The notes under the pieces are model-generated. The model was not told the DNA's origin. It did no database searches and worked only from the letters and a program-made list of their open reading frames with translations. The translations under genes were made by a program, and so were the position numbers. From the NCBI GenBank assembly GCA_021776115.1, contig JAJFGN010000042.1:15000-78999 (forward strand): a stretch of 64,000 nt of DNA, read 5' to 3'. The DNA is from Kiloniellaceae bacterium (GTDB taxonomy: Bacteria > Pseudomonadota > Alphaproteobacteria > Kiloniellales > J153). Shown here in pieces: positions 37,317-46,467 of the stretch (the stretch's first letter is position 1; each line of letters opens with the position of its first letter).

Positions 37317-39326
37317 TTAGACGTCGAGTTCTTGGACGAACTTGGCGTTTTCCTGGATGAAGGCGAAGCGCAGCTCCGGCTTTCGGCCCATCAGGCGCTC
37401 GACCAGGTCGTCGGCCTCCTTGCGGTGAGCTTTGGTCTTAGCCTGAGCCTCCGCGCCGGTGCCGCGCGCATCCGTCAGCGACACGCGCAGCAGGGTGCGG
37501 TTCCGGCGGTCCATGGTCGTTTCCTTGAGCTGCTTGGCGGGCATTTCGCCCAGGCCCTTGAAGCGGCTGATCTCGATCTTTCCGCGGCCCTTGAAGTGAT
37601 CTTTGAGCAAGTCGTCCTTGTGCTTGTCGTCGCGCGCGTAGACAGACTCTCCACCTTGCGTCAGGCGGTAGAGCGGCGGCAGGGCCAGGAACAGGCAACC
37701 GTTTTCGATTAGGCCCGGCATTTCGCGATAAAAAAAGGTGATCAGCAGCGAGGCAATGTGGGCGCCGTCGACATCGGCGTCGGTCATGATAATGACCCGC
37801 TCGTAGCGCAGCTTGTCGATGTCGAACTGCTGACGCAAGCCGCAGCCAAGCGCCTGCGTGATGTCGGAGATTTCCTGATTGGCGCGCATCTTTGCTTGAG
37901 TCGCACTGGCCACGTTCAGGATCTTGCCGCGGAGCGGCAAAACGGCCTGGGTTACACGGTCGCGCGCTTGCTTGGCGGAGCCGCCGGCCGAATCGCCTTC
38001 GACCAAAAAGACCTCTGTGCCCTCGGCGCGCGAGCGCGCGCAATCGGACAGCTTGCCGGGGAGGCGCAGCTTGCGCGTCGCTGACTTGCGGTTGAGCTCT
38101 TTTTCCTGGCGCCGGCGCAAGCGGTCGTCGGCGCGCTCGATGATGCGATCGAGGAGGACCTTGGCCCGCTCGGGATGACCCGACAGCCAGTGGTCGAAGT
38201 GATCCTTGACCGTCGTCTCGACAAGCTTAGCCGCCAAGGGCGAGGCCAATTTTTCCTTGGTCTGGCCTTGGAACTGCGGATCCTTGATGAAGAGCGAGAG
38301 GATGACGCAGGCGCAACCCAAAATGTCGTCGGCGGTGATCTGCGCCATCTTCTTTTTGTTGCCGGCCATTTCGCCATAAGCCTTCAGGCTCTTGGTCAGG
38401 CCGGCGCGCAGACCTTGCTCATGGGTCCCACCGTCGGGTGTGGAGACGGTGTTGCAGTACAAGCTTAAGAAACCGTCCTCGTCGGCGGGCCAGGTCATGG
38501 CCCATTCCATACGGCCCTCGCCGTCGGGGAAGTCGGCTTGGTCAACGAAGGGTTCCGGTATCAGAGTCTTACGGCCGTTCAGGCTGGCGTCCAGATAGTC
38601 CTGTAGGCCATTGGGGAAGTGCAGGGTTTCCTCGGCCGGGGTCTCGCTCTTCTTCTTGATCAGGCTGGGGTCGCAGGCCCAGCGAATCTCGACGCCGCGA
38701 TACAGATAAGCGCGTGAGCGCGCCATGCGGTACACAAGATCCGGCTGAAATGCGGCTTCTTTGCCGAATATGGAGACATCGGGCTGGAAGGACACCGTGG
38801 TGCCGCGGCGGTTGGGTGCGCCCCCGGCCGGTTTCAGCTTGCCTTGAGGTTTGCCGCGCTTGAATTCTTGCCGGTAGAGCTTTTTGTCGCGCGCCACCTC
38901 GACGCACAACTTTTCAGCCAAGGCGTTGACCACCGAGATGCCGACGCCGTGCAGGCCGCCGGAGGTCGCATAGGCCTTCTGCGAAAACTTGGCCCCGGAA
39001 TGCAGTGTGGTCAAAATAACTTCGAGTGCCGACTTGGTCTTGAATTTGGGATGTGGGTCGACCGGAATGCCGCGCCCGTTGTCGCGGACCGTAACCAGGT
39101 TATCGCGGCCGAGCTCCAGTTCGATGCGCGTGGCGTGGCCGGCGACGGCCTCGTCCATGGCATTATCGAGCAACTCGGCCACCAGATGGTGCATGGCCCG
39201 CTCGTCGCTGCCGCCGATATACATACCGGGGCGCCGCCGGACCGGCTCCAGGCCTTCGAGGACCTCGATGTCCTTGGCCGAATAACTGCCTTGCGTGCGT
39301 GCGGAGTTGTCGAAAAGGTCCGCCAT
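37317..39326 (-). CDS. parE: DNA topoisomerase IV subunit B
   Basis: GHKL ATPase N-terminus (LEGLEPVRRRPGMYIGG, ELLDNAMDE, DNGRGIP) and Toprim EGDSAGGSAKQARDR. The 669-aa length fits ParE rather than GyrB. Confidence 0.88.
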   Translation of the reverse strand: MADLFDNSARTQGSYSAKDIEVLEGLEPVRRRPGMYIGGSDERAMHHLVAELLDNAMDEAVAGHATRIELELGRDNLVTVRDNGRGIPVDPHPKFKTKSALEVILTTLHSGAKFSQKAYATSGGLHGVGISVVNALAEKLCVEVARDKKLYRQEFKRGKPQGKLKPAGGAPNRRGTTVSFQPDVSIFGKEAAFQPDLVYRMARSRAYLYRGVEIRWACDPSLIKKKSETPAEETLHFPNGLQDYLDASLNGRKTLIPEPFVDQADFPDGEGRMEWAMTWPADEDGFLSLYCNTVSTPDGGTHEQGLRAGLTKSLKAYGEMAGNKKKMAQITADDILGCACVILSLFIKDPQFQGQTKEKLASPLAAKLVETTVKDHFDHWLSGHPERAKVLLDRIIERADDRLRRRQEKELNRKSATRKLRLPGKLSDCARSRAEGTEVFLVEGDSAGGSAKQARDRVTQAVLPLRGKILNVASATQAKMRANQEISDITQALGCGLRQQFDIDKLRYERVIIMTDADVDGAHIASLLITFFYREMPGLIENGCLFLALPPLYRLTQGGESVYARDDKHKDDLLKDHFKGRGKIEISRFKGLGEMPAKQLKETTMDRRNRTLLRVSLTDARGTGAEAQAKTKAHRKEADDLVERLMGRKPELRFAFIQENAKFVQELDV

Positions 39327-39439
39327 ATTACCCCGAATCTTGCCCCCTTGGGTCCCGCTGTGCAGCTAGGATTTAGCGCTATGATGTAGGCTATAGGTGC
39401 GATATTCACAACATATAGTTAACTTTTCAGGAGCCCTTC

Positions 39440-39889
39440 ATGGCCCGATCTAAAAAAAGCGCCTACGGGGCGGAATCGGTTGTGTCTTCCGGTGAGGCAC
39501 AGGCTTCGCCAAGGGGCGAACTCGCCATTCGCGCCTTGGCCATGCCGGCCGATGCCAATCCCAACGGCGACATTTTCGGGGGCTGGGTCCTGTCGCAGAT
39601 GGATATCGCCGGCGGGATCACGGCAGGCCAGCGCGCCCGGGGCCGGGTCGCCACCGTTGCAATCACGGCCATGACCTTCCACCTTCCAGTTTACGTGGGC
39701 GACGTCCTATGCGTCTATGCCGAGGTCGAGCGCGTCGGGCGCACCTCGATCAGCGTTCATCTTGAAGCCTGGGCGTTGCGTGGCCGCTTGAGTGAGCGGG
39801 TGAGAGTTACGGAAGGTCGGTTCGTGTTTGTGGCGCTGGATGCGAAGGGGCGGCCGCGGCCGGTACAGCAGGAGGAAGTCGAAGTATGA
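39440..39889 (+). CDS. Acyl-CoA thioesterase (YciA-like hotdog fold)
   Basis: ANPNGDIFGGWVLSQMDIAGG..., VATVAITAMTFHLPVYVGDVL, GRTSISVHLEAWA. Confidence 0.85.
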   Translation: MARSKKSAYGAESVVSSGEAQASPRGELAIRALAMPADANPNGDIFGGWVLSQMDIAGGITAGQRARGRVATVAITAMTFHLPVYVGDVLCVYAEVERVGRTSISVHLEAWALRGRLSERVRVTEGRFVFVALDAKGRPRPVQQEEVEV

Positions 39890-40266
39890 TCGGGCAGAAG
39901 TGTACGGGTTTCGGATTGGGGGTGGCCATACTCCTCGGAGCTGTCGGTCTGGCTCAGGCCGGGGAGGCCGATGTCGTGGCCGCGCAGGCGGTGCGCGATG
40001 GCGAGGGTGTGTACCGCTTCCACGTTTCGGTGTCGCACGGCGATAGCGGCTGGGACCATTATGCCGACAAGTGGGACGTTCTCGCGCCCGACGGGAGTCT
40101 GCTGGGCACCCGAGTCCTGTTGCATCCTCACGAAAACGAACAGCCCTTCACCCGTTCCCTCGGTGGGGTCGCCATTCCGGCAGGCGTGGATCGGGTCACA
40201 CTACGCGCGCACGACAGCGTGCACGGTTATGGCGGTGCGGAATTAACCGTCGAGATTAAGCGCTGA
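39886..40266 (+). CDS. Small secreted His-rich protein, unknown function
   Basis: ATGA overlap with the thioesterase stop. Signal peptide GLGVAILLGAVGLAQA. Motifs HVSVSHGDSGWDHYADKWDV and LLHPHENEQPF. Confidence 0.55.
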   Translation: MIGQKCTGFGLGVAILLGAVGLAQAGEADVVAAQAVRDGEGVYRFHVSVSHGDSGWDHYADKWDVLAPDGSLLGTRVLLHPHENEQPFTRSLGGVAIPAGVDRVTLRAHDSVHGYGGAELTVEIKR

Positions 40267-40283
40267 GACTCTATTCCACCACA

Positions 40284-41156
40284 CTAGCTGGCGACGGAGG
40301 AGCCGGTAGCGCCCGCCGCGCCCGCGTCGGCGAGGCCGGTCATACGGAAGCCCGGACCTTCTTTCTGGCGCCGAGCCGCGTCGTCGCGGCCTCGTATCTT
40401 GCCGATGCGGAAGGTCATGTCTTTGGAGAGCTTATCGTATGCCTCGGCGGTCTTGGCCACGTCCTCCGGTGCAACAATGCCTGTAGCTTGAAGAATCGCC
40501 TGGAGGTAGTCGAGGGACGTCTCCTTGGGGGGCTTATGGGCCTCCGACCAGAATTCGATGATCCCGGCGATATAACCTGTCAGGCGTAGCCTGTGCTCCG
40601 GTGTTTTGCCGAATTGCGGCCCGACATATTGAAGGGCGTCTTGAACCAAGGCCAGGAGGTTGGCCATTTCCGAATCGCTCTTCTTGGGTGGCGACGCCTT
40701 GGGTGCGATGGGTTCCGCGGATTTGAGATTGGCGCTGACGTCCGTGAGTTTTTTCTTGCGCCTGGCGCTCAAGCCTTGTCGTTGCGCGTGCTGCAGCCAG
40801 AGCGTGATCCGCTCGACAAGGGTTTCCATGCTGTCGGACTTGATTATGTAATCGTCGCCTCCGGCGGCGAGGCAGTCGCGCAGGACGTCGATCTGGTCTA
40901 GGGCGCTCAGAAATAAGATCGGAATGTTGCCGCCGATGATCTTTCGGGCGCGCTCGCAGGTCTCGATGCCGTTGAGCTTTGGCATCATGATGTCCAGGAT
41001 CACCAGACGGGGCGTTGTCTTTGAGAGGAAGCTCAGCGCTTCGACACCGTCGGCCGCCGCCAAGACGCTGAAGCCAGCGGCGCTTAGCGTGTCGACATAA
41101 AGCCGTCTCATGAGCGGATCGTCTTCCGCGAGGACAATAAGGCCGCCGCCTGCCAC
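40284..41156 (-). CDS. Response regulator: receiver domain plus uncharacterised C-terminal domain
   Basis: REC motifs (LIVLAEDD, VILDIMMPKLNG, ILFLSA, DDYIIKS) followed by a ~150-aa domain that I cannot assign. Confidence 0.85.
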   Translation of the reverse strand: MAGGGLIVLAEDDPLMRRLYVDTLSAAGFSVLAAADGVEALSFLSKTTPRLVILDIMMPKLNGIETCERARKIIGGNIPILFLSALDQIDVLRDCLAAGGDDYIIKSDSMETLVERITLWLQHAQRQGLSARRKKKLTDVSANLKSAEPIAPKASPPKKSDSEMANLLALVQDALQYVGPQFGKTPEHRLRLTGYIAGIIEFWSEAHKPPKETSLDYLQAILQATGIVAPEDVAKTAEAYDKLSKDMTFRIGKIRGRDDAARRQKEGPGFRMTGLADAGAAGATGSSVAS

Positions 41157-41270
41157 GCCTGTTACGCCTTTCCGGTTAACCGACCGAGCTATGGAACGAT
41201 ACGGAACGGAAGATTAACCGTATTTACTTAACGATCCGTTTTCCAAGCCCCCGGAGTTCACGGCGTTTAT

Positions 41271-41738
41271 TCAGGAAGTGTCGTGTTCGGCAGAGCCGAG
41301 TTTGGCATTGAGATCCTGGAGCAATTTCTCGCGCCTGGCATGCATGCCTTGCCGCTTCGCGTGCCGCCGCCAGGTATGGATCCGCTCGATCAGGGATTCG
41401 ATGCTGTTGGACTTGATCAGGTAATCGTCGCCGCCGGCGGCGAGGCAGTCGCGCAGGATGACGATCTGATCCAGGGCGCTCAGAAAAAGGATCGGGATGT
41501 CATTGCCGATGATCTTTCGGGCGCGCTCACAGGTCTCGATGCCGTTGAGTTTCGGCATCATGATGTCCAAGATGACCAGTCGAGGCGTTACCCTGGAGAG
41601 CAAGCTCAGAGCCTCCAAACCGTCAGCCGCCGCCAGAACGCTGAAGCCGGCTTCTTCCAGAGTATCGACATAAAGCCGCCTCATGAGCACATCGTCTTCC
41701 GCAAGGACAATGAGGCCTCTGCTACTTATGCTTGTCAC
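41271..41738 (-). CDS. Single-domain response regulator (receiver only), paralogue of the downstream gene
   Basis: About 75-80% amino-acid identity by eye to residues 5-150 of ORF 40284..41156. Confidence 0.85.
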   Translation of the reverse strand: MTSISSRGLIVLAEDDVLMRRLYVDTLEEAGFSVLAAADGLEALSLLSRVTPRLVILDIMMPKLNGIETCERARKIIGNDIPILFLSALDQIVILRDCLAAGGDDYLIKSNSIESLIERIHTWRRHAKRQGMHARREKLLQDLNAKLGSAEHDTS

Positions 41739-41896
41739 GCCTACACGCCTCTTTTTGGCTAAACGACCGAAATATCTAGCAAAACAAGTCAGAGGAGTAG
41801 AGTTTTTTCTTTAACGTTCCGTTATTTGAACCCGTCAAAGTTGATGAACTTTTTGTGACGGGGCCTCTCATCCTGGGTGACCTGCGTCCTCCGGCG

Positions 41897-42157
41897 TTAG
41901 TAATCTTCCTCGTTCAGGAGCTTGCGCCACTCACCGAGCCAACTCAGCTCGTCCAGAAATACCATCATACGTACACATAAGGCAGCCGGATAGGGGATCG
42001 GCGAGGCGCCGGACGCCCAGCGCCGCACGGTTCTGTCGTTGATCCGCAGTTCTCGCGATAAGGCCGTTTGCCAACGATGGGCGCCGTATAGGCGGCTGCC
42101 ATGGCGGCGCAGCTCTTCCGCGGTCATGGGGCGTGGTTCACTCGGGTCGTTGGCCAT
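41897..42157 (-). CDS. Small putative helix-turn-helix protein (86 aa)
   Basis: WQTALSRELRINDRTVRRWASG resembles a Cro/antitoxin-type HTH. No confident family call. Confidence 0.5.
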   Translation of the reverse strand: MANDPSEPRPMTAEELRRHGSRLYGAHRWQTALSRELRINDRTVRRWASGASPIPYPAALCVRMMVFLDELSWLGEWRKLLNEEDY

Positions 42158-42378
42158 GGCGAATTTCCGCTAGCTGGTTGGTACCCTCCGGGCCGGGCAG
42201 GCTCAGCGAAGTTAGGGCGCCTGGTCCTAATTTTGTCTTATCCGAGCGTTGAATCCCAGGCGTTTCGGTGCAGGATCGTGGAGTAATTATTCGTTAGTAA
42301 ATGTAAACAAAAATTAGAAATTAACTAAGTATTAACCAAAAAAGCTGGGAAAAATAGAAAATTCGATATAATTTTCTA

Positions 42379-42407
42379 TTGATTTCGAAGAAGCCGGGGA
42401 TTACAAT
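42379..42407 (+). promoter_or_regulatory. Sigma-70-type promoter candidate TTGATT-N17-TACAAT
   Basis: -35 at 42379-42384 and -10 at 42402-42407 with exactly 17-bp spacing. It is embedded in a strongly AT-rich stretch (42290-42410). Confidence 0.4.
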
Positions 42408-42413
42408 TCCTTC

Positions 42414-42512
42414 ATTGCTTTCTCAGGTATCTGATCTGCGCAATCTTCTCCTCACTTAGCGCTCTCCAGAAGAAACGGGAGGCCGGAACGTTCCGGCCTC
42501 CCGAATTTCTTT
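42414..42512 (+). ncRNA. Candidate small RNA (~100 nt) between the promoter candidate and the terminator hairpin
   Basis: No ORF. Bounded by the promoter above and the 14-bp-stem hairpin at 42476-42503 plus AATTTCTTT. Contains a CUUCUCCUCA (anti-Shine-Dalgarno-like) stretch at 42446-42455. Confidence 0.3.
42476..42503. terminator. Perfect 28-nt palindrome cgggaggccggaac/gttccggcctcccg with T-rich flanks on both strands
   Basis: The plus strand is followed by aatttctttg and the minus strand by tttcttctgg. It could terminate the candidate sRNA on the plus strand, glnA read-through on the minus strand, or both. Confidence 0.55.
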
Positions 42513-42620
42513 GTAATCCCTTTACAATTGAAACCATCGGACACGCGGAGCCCGGCTCCGCGTGTCCGACGTAGGTCTGGACTAGTGTTCTGGAGCTGAA
42601 GTTCGCATCCTAATTCATTG

Positions 42621-42846
42621 CCGTCATCCCGGACGGTTAGAGCCTGCCCCCGACAGGATCGGGGGCGAGCCCGAAAATCGCCCGATTTTCGGCAGGTGAG
42701 CCTTACGATCCGGGATCCATGTATCCGCCTGTCCGACGCCCGGATTGCGGCGCGATGGATCCCGGATCACTGACTTTCCTTACCAAATCAGACCCCCGCT
42801 TTCGCGAGGGCATGGATTTGGAGGAAAGTCGCGTCCGGGATGACGG
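42621..42846. repeat. MITE-like element with 15-bp perfect terminal inverted repeats (ccgtcatcccggacg) and nested internal palindromes
   Basis: TIRs at 42621-42635 and 42832-42846. Inner inverted repeat gatccgggatccat (42707-42720) / atggatcccggatc (42755-42768), plus ccgaaaatcg/cgattttcgg at 42671-42692. It belongs to the same family as 363-500. Confidence 0.65.
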
Positions 42847-42881
42847 GGAAACTCAATGCCACCAATTTCTGTTCCACCACA

Positions 42882-44291
42882 CTAGGACGAATAGTACATC
42901 TGGAACTCGATCGGGTGCGGCGCCTGCTCGAAGCGATAAATTTCTTCCCACTTCAGTTCCAGATAGGCGTGAATCTGGTCCTTGGTGAAAACATCGCCGG
43001 CGAGCAGGAACTCGTGGTCGTCGACCAGGGCGTTGGCGGCTTCGCGCAAGGAGCCCGAAACCGTGGGCACGTCCTTCAACTCCTCGGGCGGGAGGTCGTA
43101 GAGGTTCTTATCGATCGGATCGCCCGGGTGAATCCGGTTCCGGATGCCATCGAGACCGGCCATGAACATGGCGGCGAAGGCCAGGTAGGGATTGGCCGTC
43201 GCATCGGGGAAGCGGACCTCGACACGCTTTGCCTTAGGGCCGGCGCCGAAGGGAATGCGGCACGACGCCGAGCGGTTCCGGCTCGAATAGGCCAGGAGGA
43301 CCGGCGCCTCGAAACCCGGGACCAGGCGCTTGTAGCTGTTGGTCGAGGGGTTGGTGAAAGCGTTGATCGCGCGCGCGTGCTTGATCATTCCGCCAATGTA
43401 GTACAGGGCCATTTCGGATAGCCCGGCGTAGCCGTCGCCGGCGAAAAGGGGCTTGCCGTCCTTCCAAATAGACTGGTGCGTGTGCATGCCGGAGCCGTTG
43501 TCGTTATGAACCGGCTTGGGCATGAAGGTCGCCGTTTTGCCGTAATTATGAGCGACATTCTGCACGACGTACTTGTAGATCTGCATGTTGTCGGCCGTGC
43601 GCACGAGGGTATCGAAGACGATGCCCAGTTCGTGCTGGGACGGCGCGACTTCATGGTGGTGCTTTTCGACATTCAGGCCCATTTCGGCCATGACGGTGGT
43701 CATCTCCGCACGCAGATCGGTTCCGGTGTCGACCGGCGGCACCGGGAAATAGCCGCCCTTGGCCTGCGGCCGGTGTCCGGTGTTGCCGCTTTCCATCTTC
43801 TCGCCCGACATATACGGGCCCTCCTCGTCGGAGAGGTGGAAATAGGAGTGATTCTGCTCGACCTTAAAGCGCACGTCGTCGAATACGAAGAATTCGGCCT
43901 CGGGGCCGAAGTAGGCGGTGTCGCCAATGCCCGCCGCCTTGAGGTAAGCCTCGGCTTTCTTGGCGGTTGAGCGAGGGTCGCGGTCGTAGGGCTGACCGGT
44001 GGCCGGCTCGGCGATATCGCAAAATAGGATCAGCTGCGGCTGTGCCGCGAAGGGATCCATCACCGCGGTCGAGAGGTCGGGCACCAGGGTCATGTCCGAC
44101 TCGTTAATCGCCTTCCAGCCCGCGATCGACGACCCGTCGAACATGATCCCTTCGGTTAGCGCGTCCTCGTCGACGGCCTGAGCCGCCATGGCGAGGTGTT
44201 GCCACTTTCCGCGCGGGTCCGTGAAGCGGTAATCGACGTACTTGACGTCGTGTTCCTTCATCATCTCAAGAACTGTTTTTGCGTCGGACAT
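42882..44291 (-). CDS. glnA: Glutamine synthetase type I
   Basis: 469 aa. Contains [41 protein letters not shown], and the adenylylation-site region NLYDLPPEE. Confidence 0.97.
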   Translation of the reverse strand: MSDAKTVLEMMKEHDVKYVDYRFTDPRGKWQHLAMAAQAVDEDALTEGIMFDGSSIAGWKAINESDMTLVPDLSTAVMDPFAAQPQLILFCDIAEPATGQPYDRDPRSTAKKAEAYLKAAGIGDTAYFGPEAEFFVFDDVRFKVEQNHSYFHLSDEEGPYMSGEKMESGNTGHRPQAKGGYFPVPPVDTGTDLRAEMTTVMAEMGLNVEKHHHEVAPSQHELGIVFDTLVRTADNMQIYKYVVQNVAHNYGKTATFMPKPVHNDNGSGMHTHQSIWKDGKPLFAGDGYAGLSEMALYYIGGMIKHARAINAFTNPSTNSYKRLVPGFEAPVLLAYSSRNRSASCRIPFGAGPKAKRVEVRFPDATANPYLAFAAMFMAGLDGIRNRIHPGDPIDKNLYDLPPEELKDVPTVSGSLREAANALVDDHEFLLAGDVFTKDQIHAYLELKWEEIYRFEQAPHPIEFQMYYSS

Positions 44292-44351
44292 TTTCGTTTT
44301 TTCCCGTGTTCGGTTTGTGTGTTGAGCGACTTGCAGAGCGTGGGCGGAAGA

Positions 44352-44711
<360 letters not shown>

Positions 44712-44929
44712 TCAGGGGTTACGCGACTGCCAAAACCGGCGTGCCGATCGCGCCGTTGTCCATTTCACGTATAGCATGCCGCGTACCAAGTCTGGCGGAG
44801 AGCCGGAACCAACGGCCAAGGCATTGCGATACAAAGAAAACGAGGTCAAACCAACCCAACTCGGCATCCATCCGAAAATGACGCATTCGCCTAACAAATA
44901 GGCAGTTAGCCTAATATTTCATCGCCATA

Positions 44930-46123
44930 CTAGGCGCTTCTTCGCTCTTCCAGCCAGATGCCGATGCGGTCGATGGCCTCACGGATGTTCTCGATCGAAT
45001 TAGCGTAGGACAGGCGCAGATAGCCCTCGCCGTAGTGGCCGAAACTGGTCCCCGCGATGGTCGCGACACCGGCCTGTTCCAGCAACCCTGTTTCCAGCTT
45101 CTTGGCCGCGATGCCGGTCTTGGAGATATTCGGGAAGGCGTAGAACGCGCCGCCGGGCGCCACGCAGGACAAGCCTGGAACGGCATTCAATTTCTCGACC
45201 ACGACCCGGCGGCGGGCGTCGAAAGCGGCGACCATGTCGCGGACCGGCTCTTGCGGGCCTTCCAGGGCGGCGATACCGGCGAACTGAGCCGGCGCGTTGA
45301 CACAGGAATGGCAATTGATCGCCAAGCGGGTCGCGCCCTCAATCAGCGATTTGGGCCACACGGCATAGCCTAGCCGCCAGCCGGTCATGGCGTAGGTCTT
45401 GCTCCAACCGTCGAGCAGGATCACCCGGTCGCGCAGTTCCGGATACTGGAGCAGGCTAGCGTGCTCCCGTCCGTCGTAAAGCATCTGGCCGTAAATTTCG
45501 TCGGACATGACCGCAACACCGGGGTGGCGTGCCAATCCGGCGACGAGTTTATCCACCTCCGCGCGCGGCGTGACGCCCCCGGTCGGGTTGGCCGGGCTGT
45601 TGAGAATAATCAAACTGGTCTTCGGCGTGATCCGGGCCAGCACGTCCTCGGCCGAAAAGGCGAAGCCGTTCTCTTCCAACAGCGGGATCGGCACCGGCGT
45701 CGCGCCGCTGAACTTGATGACCGACTCGTAGATCGGAAAACCGGGGTTAGGGTACATGATCTCGGCGCCAAGCTCGCCGAAGATCAGAACCGCGAAGAAC
45801 ATGGTCACCTTGCCGCCCGGCACCGCCAGGACCAAGCCGGGATTGACTTCGACCCCAAGACGGCGGTGCAGGTCGGCGGCGACCGCCTCGCGCAACGCCG
45901 GTATGCCGCCGGCGGGGGTATAGCCGTGGTGCCCGTCGCGCAGAGCCTTGATCGCCGCCTCGACGATGTGGCCCGGCGTCTGAAAATCCGGTTGACCGAT
46001 TCCCAGATTGATGACGGAACGGCCCGCCGCTTCCAGGGCCTTGGCCCGGGCCAAGACCTCGAACGCGCTTTCGGTGCCGATCCGCCCAATCGCCTCGGCG
46101 GTTCTCAGGGCGCTCACTTCCAT
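44930..46123 (-). CDS. Class I/II pyridoxal-phosphate aminotransferase (aspartate/aromatic-type)
   Basis: Start at MEVSALRTAEAIGRIGTESAFEVL (ATG 46123). Contains INLGIGQPDF, NPANPTG and GWSKTYAMTGWRLGY (PLP-Lys). Confidence 0.9.
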   Translation of the reverse strand: MEVSALRTAEAIGRIGTESAFEVLARAKALEAAGRSVINLGIGQPDFQTPGHIVEAAIKALRDGHHGYTPAGGIPALREAVAADLHRRLGVEVNPGLVLAVPGGKVTMFFAVLIFGELGAEIMYPNPGFPIYESVIKFSGATPVPIPLLEENGFAFSAEDVLARITPKTSLIILNSPANPTGGVTPRAEVDKLVAGLARHPGVAVMSDEIYGQMLYDGREHASLLQYPELRDRVILLDGWSKTYAMTGWRLGYAVWPKSLIEGATRLAINCHSCVNAPAQFAGIAALEGPQEPVRDMVAAFDARRRVVVEKLNAVPGLSCVAPGGAFYAFPNISKTGIAAKKLETGLLEQAGVATIAGTSFGHYGEGYLRLSYANSIENIREAIDRIGIWLEERRSA

Positions 46124-46259
46124 GGCCGGGGTCCTTTCGAGCTCAACCGGGCGCGAGACTACGCCTGTGGCCAGCGCGCGAGCAAGGGCAGGCCCGGCGC
46201 TTGACGGGACCAGGGCCCGGTGTTTTAACACCCGGTACGTGATCGCGGCGAATATCGAT

Positions 46260-46337
46260 GGTGGCTGTAGCTCAGTTGGTTAGAGCACCGGTTTGTGGTA
46301 CCGGGGGTCGGGGGTTCAAGTCCCCTCAGCCACCCCA
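46260..46337 (+). tRNA. tRNA-His (anticodon GTG) with G-1 and encoded CCA
   Basis: Manual cloverleaf: G-1 plus acceptor gtggctg/cagccac, D arm gctc..gagc, anticodon arm ccggt-ttGTGgt-accgg, T arm ggggg-ttcaagt-cccct, discriminator C, CCA. Confidence 0.93.
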
Positions 46338-46467
46338 ATTTCCCCCCCAATTTCCTGGCCCCAATTTCCCGGCAATTTGCCTCAATGCCCACGCAATATT
46401 TCGGCGGCATGTTGGCGCATAGCAGGGTATGATCGCTGATTCGCAAATAACGCGGCGTGCAACTCCC

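Noticed and set aside
44727-44746. Sigma-54-like sequence upstream of glnB (minus strand cGGCACGccggTTTTGGCAg).
   Set aside because: The GG element is good, but the GC of the -12 element falls about 3 nt too far downstream (TTTT occupies the expected TTGC position). It also lies only ~40-55 nt from the ATG. I could not support it as a functional -24/-12 promoter.
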